Of a stretch of 63,392 nt of DNA, positions 15,114 to 30,062 are shown one piece after another (the first letter of the stretch is position 1; the number at the start of each line of letters is the position of its first letter). This stretch comes from Eledone cirrhosa. Lineage: Eukaryota. A model generated the notes under the pieces. That model saw nothing but the letters and a program-made list of their open reading frames with translations. It made no database searches and had not been told where the DNA came from. Where the stretch lies: NCBI GenBank assembly GCA_964016885.1, contig CAXHJY010000217.1, forward strand, positions 1-63,392, read 5' to 3'. The position numbers were made by a program, and so were the translations under genes.

Positions 15114-16433
15114 TTATGTAATATTCTGCTTGTAGTGGGAAAAAAGGGTTTTAGTTCTGTGACGGCAGAATAATGTTCGTTCAATTCTGTTATTCAGCAG
15201 TTTCTTCTTGTGTGTGATTATGTAATAAATCTCAAGATTGCACAATTTGCAGAAATTTTGGCTCCTGGAAAAGCTCTGGGTTTTAGCTAATTTTTCCCAT
15301 TTTAGGGTAAACTTTTGATTGCTATCCCTGAGCGTCCAAGCTTTTTCTGCTAAAGTTGTTACATTTCTTTGGCTCTGGTGTTTTATTGAGTAAGAATGCC
15401 TATACAATCGAGATTTAAACGATGTTGCCGTTGATCCCACGTAATACCACTCGTTGCCTCCGGATTTAATGGTACACTTATAAATAATATTTTTTTCCAG
15501 GCAGTTATTGCCGAGGGGGCAGTTGTCAGGATAGGTGCAGTTACAGTTGTGTACGTTGGGTTTTCTCTGGAGTAGTATTGCGGACGAACTTAGGTGTGGT
15601 TTATTTATGTTCTGTAGTGTATTGTCTACTGTTTTTTTGGGGTTCTTTGTACTTAAGTTCTTAGTGTTTTCGTTTAACCTTCTAGTATTGATCTTTTTTA
15701 TGTGTTGTTCAAGGTTTAACGCTGTAGAGTATGACAGTCTTATAGTGGTAGGGTTTAGGATTTTGTGGTATTTGTGTGATGTGGGAAAATGTCTTTTAAT
15801 TATTTTAAAGAAGAGTACTGGTAAATTTGTACTAATGGAGCTATTGTATTCGGGGTTATACCATAAGTACTCTTTGCATCGCTTTCTATTAGTTTTGTTT
15901 GTTGGTTTACTGGTGTGCATACTATGGTAGTAAGTGTGGTTTGGTGTTGTGTTATTATATCTACCTATGTGGGATTTATTTTGGGTGTTTTGATTGTTCC
16001 CATCTATGTACTCTATTTTGTTGAGGTAGCCTGCTTTACTAAGGGCGTTATCGTAGTACTCGGCGTGTTCCTTAAATACTTGTATGTTAGAAGATAGACC
16101 CGAGATTCTAAGGGAAATATTTTTAGGGATAGATTTAATTATAGAGATGGGGTGGTTAGACCCAACATTTACGTATTTGAGATTTTCATTCAATTTATGA
16201 AACGGTTTAATCAAACCAGAGTTTAAATTGAGTGTGACATCCAGGAAGTTAACTACTTTAAGGTTGTATTCATATGTTATAGTTAGTCCTATTTCGAGTA
16301 GTAGTTTTCTTATATCTTTGCGTAGTTTTTCTAGTTTTTGGTTATTAAGGTTTTTAGCTAGGAGGAGAACATCGTCGCGGTATATTCCGCCGTGGAGATT
16401 GCTGAATTTTTCCTGGAGTCTAAAGGCGATAAA
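15114..16433 (-). pseudogene. 5'-truncated duplicate of the Penelope ORF (from within the RT to the stop)
   Basis: Appears identical to 11521-12840. Confidence 0.9.
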
Positions 16434-16450
16434 TGGGAAAAATTAGGCGA

Positions 16451-16640
16451 AAAATGGGAAAAATTAGCTAAAACCCAGAGCTTTTCCAGGAGCCAAAATT
16501 TCTGCAAATTGTGCAATCTTGAGATTTATTACATAATCACACACAAGAAGAAACTGCTGAATAACAGAATTGAACGAACATTATTCTGCCGTCACAGAAC
16601 TAAAACCCTTTTTTCCCACTACAAGCAGAATATTACATAA
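16451..16640 (+). pseudogene. C-terminal fragment of the Penelope ORF in the inverted copy
   Basis: KWEKLAKTQSFSRSQNFCKLC...HYKQNIT*. Confidence 0.9.
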
Positions 16641-16908
16641 AAGAGGGACATCCCCCAACTATATAAACCTTAATCTAGTTAGAAAAATATAAAAACAATC
16701 TCTTCTCAACATATATTAATAACCTTAAATTACCATACTAATAATGAAAAGATATGCTGATGAGAATAGGTACAAATATGCGATAATGAATGTGTCTAAA
16801 AACGTCCATAAGTATGTATATATATGTGAAAATGTATATAAATAAGTAAATATATATATATGTTTGATGTGTATAGTTAGATGTAAGTGTATTCATGTAT
16901 TAAAGTGC

Positions 16909-16944
<36 letters not shown>

Positions 16945-16967
16945 ATATGTGTGTATATATGTATGTG

Positions 16968-16998
<31 letters not shown>

Positions 16999-17888
16999 GT
17001 ATATGTATATATGTATATATATATATGTGTATGTATGTATGTGTATATGGATGTGTATGTATGTGTATGTGTGTACACATGGACTAGAGTATGTATGTAT
17101 ATATGTGTGTGTCTATACGTGTGTATATATAAAGATAAGTTGAGTATGAAAATGTATACACATGAGCGCGTATGTATGTACATGAATACATGTGTGTATA
17201 TATATGTGTATGCATGTGTATATATATGTAAGTATGAATATGTGAATTGTGAGTATATGTATTTTGTAGAGGTGTGCAAATATATTTGTGTGTGAATGCG
17301 TGGGTGAAAGAATACGTACACTTGAAAGAAAAATTTAAGTCTGAATGTTAAGTGCAAACACAAAACCAACCACGCATATCTTTACTATCTCTAATCCTTC
17401 TATAGATTTAGAAAAATAACCAATAATATATTCTATAAAAAAAAATGTCAAAACAGCAGATGGGAATCTAATTAATCACTGCCACCAAGAATTCTCACTG
17501 CTATCGAAAAACCACTCCTTCAACTATTCTTCTAACAACTTCACCCCTTCCTCCTAATATTCTCTATAAAAACTAAATAGGTCCTCAGTAATATTATTCT
17601 GATGAAATGACAGTAAACAATAACATTGAAATATTGAATGTCTGCATAACTAAAAGTTTGTAGATAGCTGTTTTAGGTTATGTAACTGTTATAGAAACAC
17701 GTGTCAATAAATTCCTTTCAACTAAACTGTATCCATTCAAATCTTTCTATTTTTCTCCGGATTACTTTTGGAACTACAACTGGAACCGTCGAGCAAACTC
17801 TACGTGAGCTGATAATCTACTGTGTGTAATATTTATATTACAACACAACGGAAAAAACTGTATATATATGTATATATATATATATGTG

Positions 17889-17971
<83 letters not shown>

Positions 17972-18070
17972 GTATATATATATGTATATGTATATATATA
18001 TATATGTATATATATATGTATATATATATATGTATATATATATGTATATATATATGTATATATATATATA

Positions 18071-18476
18071 GAGATGACCCCTTAGCCTTTGTCAAGGCAG
18101 AATTCTAGGAGAAGGAAAACTCTGATATAACACCTGCAACCCTGATGGTATCCAATGATGTTGACTTGTTCTTCTTTTTGGTAAATATCATCTTGGTTAA
18201 GAGAGTGGGACTGGCTTTGTGCAGTGCCTTTGCTCACTATAAAAGCTTCACGGCACAGGCATTGCTTTATATCTGGAGATCTCTCTGCACTTGTCGTCAC
18301 ATGGTACCATGGGCCCAGCACTATGTGTCAGTAATTGTCACAAGTGTAGTGTTTGTACCAGAGTTTTCAAGTCGCTGGCTGGACTAAAAAGTCACACTCG
18401 TTCAGCGCATTGGTAGGGGTTCTCCTACATGGATATAAAGTAGTGGCCGTACTCGAAAACGAGTTGGCAGCCACCA
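18071..18476 (+). mobile_element. Bipartite non-autonomous RTE/BovB derivative (5' UTR + last zinc finger + 3' tail)
   Basis: 18071-18265 aligns to 26275-26485; ~18339-18416 encodes [25 protein letters not shown]; terminal hairpin tggccgtactcgaaaacgagttggcagcca; flanked by TA. Confidence 0.8.
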
Positions 18477-19508
<1,032 letters not shown>

Positions 19509-19639
19509 TATTAAATAACAGATTAAAGTTTAAGCAAAGAAACGCTGCTTTCACCCTTTTGGATTTTAGTCTTCAATTTTATTATTATTACTCTTATTAC
19601 TATATATATACATATATATACATATATACATATATATAC

Positions 19640-19730
<91 letters not shown>

Positions 19731-19744
19731 CATATATATATATG

Positions 19745-19782
<38 letters not shown>

Positions 19783-19811
19783 TATATGTATCTGTATATA
19801 TGAATATATAT

Positions 19812-20350
19812 ATGGCCAGGTCTCAATAGTGAAAGTATAATGCAGACACACACAATTATATGGATTTCTTAATATATATATATATGTGTGGGTGTGTATA
19901 TATATATACAGAGAGGGGGGGGGGTTATTAATCGAAGCATAGATCCCTTATCATTCTCTGTCCTTCTTATGACCCTACCTTAATTTCTTTGGGGACAGAC
20001 AGCTGGTGCAACAAGTTTGGCGAGATGATCAACTGTATTTCAGCTATTTATAGGGTGTAATAAGGATTTTCAATATTTATTTATTTCAACACACAATGTC
20101 ATTATTTAAAAAAAACCCATACAATTGTGTACATGCATATATATATACATCTACAAATTCATGCAAATGTGTATGTTTGTATAAATGTATATATACATAC
20201 ACATATATATATATACAGACACATATATATATACACAAACACACATATATATACACACAAACACATATATACACAGAAACATATATATACGTCTAAACCC
20301 ATGCTTGCGTGGAAGATAGACGTTGGATGAAGGAAAGACGAGACAAAGTG

Positions 20351-20385
<35 letters not shown>

Positions 20386-20518
20386 GTACACGTGTGTGTG
20401 TGTGTTTGTTTATATGTGTGTGTGTGTATATCTACTTGGTTCTTCACTACTCCAAATCTATAAATCTATGCTTCGATTAATAAACCCCCCCACCCCCACC
20501 CCACCCCCTCTCTGTCTC

Positions 20519-20581
<63 letters not shown>

Positions 20582-20712
20582 CCACACATATATATATATT
20601 AAGAAATCCATACAATTGCGTGTGTCTGCATTATACTTTCACTATTGAGACCTGTTGAGACCTGTCAAAAATTAGTTTCACTTTTGAGACCGCCCGTCTT
20701 GACGTATGCCAT
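19812..20712. mobile_element. Foldback/MITE-like element with inverted arms ~19817-19944 and ~20464-20653
   Basis: caggtctcaatagtgaaagtataatgcagacac...ttattaatcgaagcatagat mirrored by atctatgcttcgattaataa...gtgtctgcattatactttcactattgagacctg. Confidence 0.6.
20290..20330 (+). mobile_element. Isolated RTE-type 3'-terminal hairpin
   Basis: cgtctaaacccatgcttgcgtggaagatagacgtt, variant of the terminal motif of the RTE copies. Confidence 0.65.
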
Positions 20713-20732
20713 ATATGTATATATATATGTAT

Positions 20733-20791
<59 letters not shown>

Positions 20792-21394
20792 TATGTATAT
20801 ATCTGGTAGAACACGAAAAGTGTGAAACAACAGAATGTTCACTTTTCGTGTTCTAACATATATGCCTAGCTTCTATAAAAATTTTTCGGGGATAGCCGTG
20901 GTGGTGGTGATCGTATGTCATTGGCTAATTTTCAACCAATCAGAGTACCTCTCTCTATATCTCTTCCACTGTTACTTACGCCTGTTTCTCTCTATCTGTT
21001 CCGTCTCTATATATATCTCTTACTCTTTCGCTTTGCACTCCTCCCCTTCAATACCATCTCTCCCCCTCTCTATATATTTGTTACTCTATCGCTGCACGCT
21101 CCTCTCCTTCAATATATCAATTACACACGCTTTACACTCCTTTATCCCCAGCGCCCCTATATATACACCCCCCCTCTCCCGCATCTATATTTTAATGTAC
21201 CGTTGCACCGTGAATATATGTGTCTATATATATATATACATATATATTGTATATACACATTCATGTATGTGTATACACACTCATGTATGTATATACACTG
21301 GTTTTATGTGTGTATTGTAAATTTGTACTGTTAAAACACGAAACTAACATTCGATTGACACTTTGATTACCTGTACAGGCAATAGTTATTAGAA

Positions 21395-21436
21395 TGCTGT
21401 TGAAGTGTGTATATATTTTTGGGGGACATCCTGTAT
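21395..21436 (-). mobile_element. Possible Tc1/mariner-type terminal inverted repeat remnant
   Basis: Reverse complement TACAGGATGTCCCCCAAAAATATATACACACTT resembles TA|CAGGGTGTCCC-type ends; partner end not found. Confidence 0.35.
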
Positions 21437-21799
21437 ATACACACATTATATATAATACAATAAACAGATAAATACACACATATATATATGAGCTTATTTA
21501 ATTATAAATATTGTGAATTTTTAACTCAGTTCAATTATATATATAAATGGCTTCTACAGGACTAGAACTGTTTCATTCGAAAGAAATCATCATAATATTG
21601 AGAGGGGGGACTAGATAAAATATTTCAAATCAAATGTGTATAAGTTATAAGTTAAAATGTATAAATAGAGACGATAGTGGAGGTATATCTGTTTAGTGGA
21701 ACAGTAGACGATAGAATTAAATACAGACGAGAATCTCCCTTTAATGAAACAGCAGACGATAGAATTAAGGCAATTTAAATTTTAAGCATTTGCATTTTT

Positions 21800-21848
21800 G
21801 CCTTTCATCGTTACGGGGTCGATAAAATAAAGTACCAGTAATACACTG
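21800..21848 (+). mobile_element. SINE central-domain fragment
   Basis: gcctttcatcgttacggggtcgataaaataaagtaccagtaat nearly identical to 41787-41829. Confidence 0.7.
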
Positions 21849-22209
21849 TCACTAGACGACTTTCAAATTGAATTGTTGGTTCCATTTCTTTAGTATTTTT
21901 AATTGTAGTTATCTACTTAAAAAGCGTTACACGGTTAGAGACATAATTCGTAAGTTATATCTTCCCTATTAAACCATTGCATTATTTCGCCTACAATAGA
22001 ACAAAAATGAAATGTTCTTTAAAGAAACAGGAATATAACTTTATAAAAAAAAAAGTTGCATCCGCTTCTTTTATCATTGATAATTTTTTTCGTTTTAATA
22101 TTAATTGTTTTTTGTAGTTGTTTATATTAAAAATCTTACTGTAATATTTACTTAAACGAAGGCAAACATCTAAACTTATAGATTAATCTTGAGCGAAGGA
22201 CTAGATAAA

Positions 22210-22259
<50 letters not shown>

Positions 22260-22644
22260 AACGAAGAATGATAAAATTTCAAGCAAAGAGTTTAATTAGG
22301 TATATTTTGTAATATTATTAACTAATTATTATAATTAACGCGCATATTTTGCTATCCTCAAACACGTTTACACATGGCATGAAATATAACTAATCCGAGA
22401 TGGCTAGGTTTCATCTTCTAACTGGATATACGAAATCCATTATGTCTTGACAACAACACGAGGTAACATTATGTTATTCACAGACACACTTTGTACACTG
22501 TTCCATATCAGAATGTATTTCCTTCGTCACATTCACAAACAGTATTGAAAATATGTTCTTCGGCAAATAAAAATGTTTTGTTCATAATATTTCAACTAGC
22601 GATTGCTCTACTCCACACACGACCACCATAAATTAATGACCAGC

Positions 22645-22826
22645 TCAACACAAGTATTGGTAGAGCGTCAGACACCATGCTTTGCAGTATTGTTATGGTC
22701 CTTTGCATTCTAAGTTCAAATCCTGCCGAGGTTAACTTCGACTTTCATACTTACTAATTCGATAAAATAAAGTACCAGTAATGGACTGCCGTAATGGATT
22801 TGTGCCGAAAAATAGAAACACTATTA
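22645..22826 (+). mobile_element. Diverged tRNA-derived SINE (same family as 41682-41868)
   Basis: B box gttcaaatcc; gataaaataaagtaccagtaatg; tail tgtgcc...tagaaaca. Confidence 0.75.
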
Positions 22827-23376
22827 ATGTGCAATAAGAGCAAAATATAGCGACATTGCTCAATTATTTTATCTAATGTTGTAATAACACAAGGAAATGT
22901 TGTTTGTGTATTTTTTTTTATATTTGCTCATAGGCTTTTACAATTTCGCTCAGCCAACAACTATTAAAAAGTGAGTTGCTTAAGATAACAATTTAATCAC
23001 AAATTGTTGCTATCTTTTAATACACTCCAACAAGTCATCAAATTATGTACAATAAAAACAAATCTTATTAATTTGCTCAGGGAATATAAAGAAAATGTAT
23101 ATACACTGATAATTGCAATTGTATGTAAATATTTTGTTTTTGTATTGTATATTTTATGTTTTCTATTATGTATAATATATTGATTTAATATTGATTGTTT
23201 TTTGTAGTTGTTTATATTAAAAGTCTGAAAATATTTTTATACATCTTACACTAATATTTATAAGATAATTTATAATAACAATTACATAATCTAATTACAT
23301 TACAACGATAATTTATTATTAATATATATCCTGTTTAACTAGAGTTATTACAAGCGTTGCCTTAAAAAAATATTAA

Positions 23377-25086
<1,710 letters not shown>

Positions 25087-25468
25087 CGCTGTTTTTTCGT
25101 GGGGTAAGTTTTTAATTAATTTTTGTATTCTGAACATCAAAATACAACAAAATACAACAATTTGTTGGTCACTGGACTCGGGAATGTCACGACAGAAGTT
25201 TGTGGAAGTTACACAAATATTTTAGTATATTTTAGCAGAGCAATCCTTATTTATATTTTACATTTTACATTTACTTACATCTCAATATAACATGGCTAAA
25301 ATTCAAATTTTGCAAAGAGAAGAAAACGGTCAAATGAACTAGATACATCGCACTGTCCCCCGCCACCACAATAACTTCTACACTCTCTCCCCACCATCAC
25401 ATGTCATTACCCTATCTAGACTAAAGTCATCGACCTGTTGTCAAACTCTCTACTCTGTGTTGAATGTG

Positions 25469-25501
<33 letters not shown>

Positions 25502-25794
25502 ATGTGTGCATATACATCACTCAGTCAAACGACCAGATTTCAACCCCAACATCTACAACAACACCGACACTAATGTTTACAGCAACAACAGCTTCAGAAT
25601 GAACTGAAATGAACATTTACAACAACAACAACAACAGCGGCATCAAAAGATTTAAAAAAAAACAAAAAGAAACTCAAACAAAACAAAAAAAAACTCAAAA
25701 TAACAAAACACACACACACACGCACACAACACAACAACAACATCAACTGCCACCACCACCGCCGCCATCACCATCACCAGACCTTAAGAAAACA

Positions 25795-25957
25795 ACTTTA
25801 ATAATAATTTTTCTGCTTTTGGCACGGATCCAGCGACTGGGCCAGCGCATCACTGGTACTCTCTTTTGTTGACTCCGTGGGGATGAAAGGCAGGGTTGAC
25901 CTCGGCGGGATTTAAGCTCAGAGCGTGGAGGGCCATAACTCTATGCTGTAAAGCAAT
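25795..25957 (-). mobile_element. Diverged tRNA-derived SINE (same family as 41682-41868)
   Basis: Reverse complement contains ctgagcttaaatcccgccgaggtcaaccctgcctttcatcccc...agtaccagtgatgc. Confidence 0.72.
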
Positions 25958-26058
25958 TATAATAATACTGGACTGTAATACGATCGGCTTCAACTATAGA
26001 AACTCTTGAAAGTCAACAGTTGACATAATCTTGTAATCTTGTATCAGTAATGACGGTA

Positions 26059-26090
<32 letters not shown>

Positions 26091-26219
26091 AAGTGAGTAG
26101 AGTAGCGTGTGTGTGTTTGTTTGTATGTATGAGTGTTGCTGTGTGCGCGCGTATGTATGCGTGTGTGTGTGTATGTCGTACGTATGAGTGTCAATAAGTG
26201 AGTTTTTTTTTTTTGCGCG

Positions 26220-29200
26220 GGTACATAGAAATAATCGGGCTGGATGCCCGATCGCGCAGTTAAACCACTGGGAGTGAAGAACCCCTAGCCCTTGTCAGGG
26301 CATTCTTCTAGGAGAAGGCATCTCAGGAAACTGGGTTAACTCCGACATAAAACCTGCAGCTCAGTAGTTACCGATGATGTTGATCTTTTCTTCTTTTCGG
26401 GTTATAGCTACTGTCAGAGAGTGGGATTGGCTCAATGCACAGTCTTTCCACACTTTAAAAATATTCGTCACGCACAGGCATTGCACGAGTGCATTAATAA
26501 TTATTAATAGTGTACTATTATTATTATTATTACTATGTTCCAGAACAATATAAAAGAGATAATTGGCAATTTAGGTTCTGGAACAAAAAAGATAATTGGC
26601 AATAAGGGCAGGGGCCCCAGGTTATCACAGCCTGGGCCCGCTCGTCATCGTGCCATTGTAATAGAACCAAACAAGGCATTTAGTCTTGGCTGCTGGAACG
26701 TACGGACGCTGCTTGACAGGGATTCCTTGCAGCGTCCTGAACGAAGGACCGCTCTTGTTGCAAAGGAGCTTCGACGTTACGATCTTGACATTGTGGCTTT
26801 ATCTGAGACGAGGCTAGCTGGAGATGGTCATCTTATGGAATTTTGTGGAGAATATACATTCTTCTGGAAAGGAAGAGATGAAGGAACCAGAAGAGAGGCT
26901 GGGGTAGGATTTGCTGTTAAGACTGTACTTGTGAATAAATTAGAAGAATTCCCAGTAGGGATTAGTGAGCGTCTTATGTCCATGAGAGTTCCGCTGGACA
27001 AGGGAAGATATGCTACCCTGGTGAGTGTGTATGCTCCAACTATGAGTTCTGTCGATGAGGAAAAGGTGTCCTTTTACCATGCCTTGAAAGGTGTTTTAAG
27101 AAATATCCCTCAGGCAGACAAAGTCATTGTGCTTGGTGACTTTAATGCTAGAGTGGGTAGGGATTTTAACACATGGAATGTAATCGGAAGGCATGGGGTG
27201 GGAAAGTGTAACAACAATGGTATGCTCTTGCTGCAGATGTGTGAGGAGCTGGATCTGTGTGTTACCAACACCATGTTCCAACAAAAGAACAAATTCAAGA
27301 CCACATGGATGCATCCTGCATCTAAGGAATGGCATCTTTTGGACTACGTCCTAGTCAGGATGCGTGACAGACAGGATGTGCAGTGTGTTCGTGCTCTTCG
27401 TGGAGCTGAGTGCTGGATGGACCACCACCTGGTACGCGCAAAAGTGAAACTAATCACTAAACGTAAAATCCGGGCTCCTGGTGTTGCCCTGCCCAAAAGA
27501 TTGAATGCTGGTCGTCTTAAGGATAAAAATGTGAAGAGGACATTGGAAGAAGAGATGCAGGCTGCAGATCTTGGTGAGGATTGGCCGACCCTTAAAAAGT
27601 CGGTTTATGATGTAGGCAGGCGTGTTCTGGGATTGGTGCAGAGAAAACATCAGGACTGGTTTGATGAGAATGATGTACATATAGAAGACTTGTTGGCTGA
27701 TAAGAGGCATGCTCTGTCACGCTACTTGATGGCAAAACCACAGGAGAGGAATACGTTGCATGAGGAACTCAGGGATGTAAAATCACGTGTTAGGCGGAGT
27801 CTTTCTCAGATGAAGGATCAGTGGTGGAGTGAGAAGGCTGGTGAGATACAAACTGCGTCAGATTCCAATAACACAAAGCTGTTGTACAGTCTCTTGCATG
27901 AGGTTTATGGACCGTCTTCTTCTCTGGTGACACCGCTTCGCAGCAAGGATGGCAAAGAACTTCTTCGTGACTCACAAGGAATTCTATGAAGGTGGCGAGA
28001 GCACTTTGATGATCTTTTGAATCAGCCGTCTGTCGTCAGTGAAGATTTCCTCAATCTCATTCCAGAAAGTCCTGTGAAAGTAGCTCTCGCAGAACCTCCG
28101 ACGCTTGTGGAGGTTGCAGTGGCTATTTCGAAGCTTAACAGTGGAAGGTCTCCAGGTATGGATGGCATACATACTGAGCTCCTACAATATGGTGGTGAGA
28201 AACTCCTGCAACATCTTCACTCTTTGTTTGGCAGGATATGGGCTAATGAATCCGTACCTGAGGACTGGAGAGATGCAGTAATGGTGGTCTTGTACAAGGG
28301 AAAGGGTAACAGGAATGATTGTGGGAACTACAGAGGTATATCATTGCTTTCTGTCGTAGGGAAAGTTTTATGTAGAGTTCTTCTGGACCGTCTGCTGACA
28401 CACATTGCAGATTGTGTTCTTCCTGAAAGTCAATCTGGTTTTCGTGCTGGACGCGGCACTACTGATATGATCTTCTCAGCTAGACAGCTCCAGGAGAAGT
28501 GCATGGAACAAGGCTTGGATCTGTATCAGGTTTTTGTCGATCTGACAAAAGCTTTCGATACTGTTAACAGAGATGCATTATGGAAGGTTCTCCAGAAACT
28601 TGGTTGCCCTGATAAGTTCCTTGCTTTAGTTAGGTCTTTCCATGACGACATGAAGGCTTGGGTTAATGTCGGGGGTAACATGTCGGAGCCTATCTCAGTA
28701 AAAAATGGAGTGAAACAGGGGGATATTCCAGCACCGACCCTGTTTGCCATATACTTTGCAATGGTTTTCTGTATTGCATTCAGGAATTGCGAGCATGGTG
28801 TTTACATCCGATATCGAACCTCAGGCAGCATATTTAACATCAGGCGCTTTGCTGCAAAGACAAAAGTATTTACATCAGTCATAAGTGACCTCTTGTATGC
28901 AGATGATTGCGATCTTGTAGCACACACAGAGAGTGATGTGCAGCACATTTTGAATGCATTTTCTGACGCTTGCACTGCCCTAGGATTGACTGTCAGTCTC
29001 AAGAAAACCGTTGTCATGTACCAACCTGCCCCTGGTAAGCAGTACACTGAACCAAACATCTATGTGTATGGCAAACGACTTGGAGTGGTTGATCAGTTTG
29101 TCTACCTGGGAAGCACTGTCAATCGATACAGCAACCTTGACAGTGAAATCTCACTTAGGATTAGGAAAGCAAGTGATGCTTTCGGAAAGCTAGAAAGGCG

Positions 29201-30062
29201 ACTCTGGGGTTGGCGAGACATATGCAGGAGGACAAAGGTAAAGGTGTACAGGGCTTGTGTGCTCTCTTGTCTTCTTTATGTCTGCGAGACCTGGGTCACA
29301 TATCGACACCACCTTAAGCAATTACAGCGTTTCCATCAGATGTGTCTCAGACGGATCCATGGCGTTCACTGGAGGGACCACATCAGTGATGTCGAGATTT
29401 TGGAAAGCTCTATGTGTGACAATATAGAAGCTCTTGTGCTTAAGCAACGACTCCGTTGGAGTGGTCACTTTGCCAGGATGAAGGATTCTAGAATACCAAA
29501 ACAACTCTTTTATGGAGAGCTGGTTAAAGGAAAACGACCGCCACATAAACCAAAAAAGAGGTATAAGGATTCCTTGAAACCCTCTCTGAAAGACGCTAAC
29601 ATCTCTGCTGATACATGGGAAAATATTGCTGCTGATCGTAATAAATGGAGAAAGACTGTATATGAGGGAAAAGTTGCCTTTGAGGCATCTCGAATCGCAT
29701 GCGAGAAAGTAAAGTGGGATGTGAGGAAGGGCATTGCTGTTGCACTTCCAGACGGCGAGGGTCCTCCTATGGTGCTGACATGCAGCGTCTGTGCGAGACT
29801 CTGCTTAAGCAAAGCTGGACTCGAAAGTCATCTTCGCAGTCATAAAGTAAGACCAGTGGTTGACTACCAGGTGCTGTTGGAGATGCTACTCATCATGCTT
29901 GCCAAACATGTGGTAGAGAATGTAAATCAGCAGGAGGGCTCAAGCGACATGCAAAAGTACACAAACTCCAATCACAGTCGACTATTCCCAGTGAATGTTT
30001 TGGTTGCCGACTCTGTGCAAGACATTTTAGATCATTGGCTGGGCTAAAAAGCCACATTCGAT
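26220..30062 (+). mobile_element. RTE/BovB-type LINE, 3' end missing
   Basis: 5' UTR motif tagcccttgtcagggca...ctaggagaagg; APE-RT ORF; stops abruptly at 30062 where an AT-rich repeat begins. Confidence 0.9.
26535..30062 (+). pseudogene. RTE/BovB ORF (APE+RT+3x C2H2) disrupted by in-frame TGA at 27987-27989 and a frameshift near 29868
   Basis: CWNVRTLLD, PERRTALVA, LSETRL, GDFNARVG, HLLDYVL; QGIL*RWREHFDDLLN reads through in frame; FVDLTKAFDTV, GVKQG, LLYADD; fingers CSVC..H..H, then (-1 frame) CQTC..RHAKVH and CRLC..KSH. Confidence 0.9.

Larger units (their letters stand above)
10414..17865 (-). mobile_element. Penelope-like element (Naiad-like): full 3593-bp unit 10414-14006, partial tandem unit 14007-16433, inverted partial copy 16451-17865
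   Basis: Direct repeat offset 3593 (11521 vs 15114); 16451-17865 is the reverse complement of 13892-15303; RT+GIY-YIG ORF; both ends in TA. Confidence 0.93.

Noticed and set aside
18071-18082. 12-mer gagatgacccct shared with the 615-bp unit
   Set aside because: Short enough to arise by chance; no flanking similarity
20835-21334. 161-aa and 139-aa ORFs
   Set aside because: Low-complexity CT/TA-rich sequence without recognisable motifs
27987-27989. TGA as selenocysteine or programmed readthrough
   Set aside because: Non-Cys position in a linker and the copy has another lesion; a nonsense mutation (possibly CGA>TGA) is simpler
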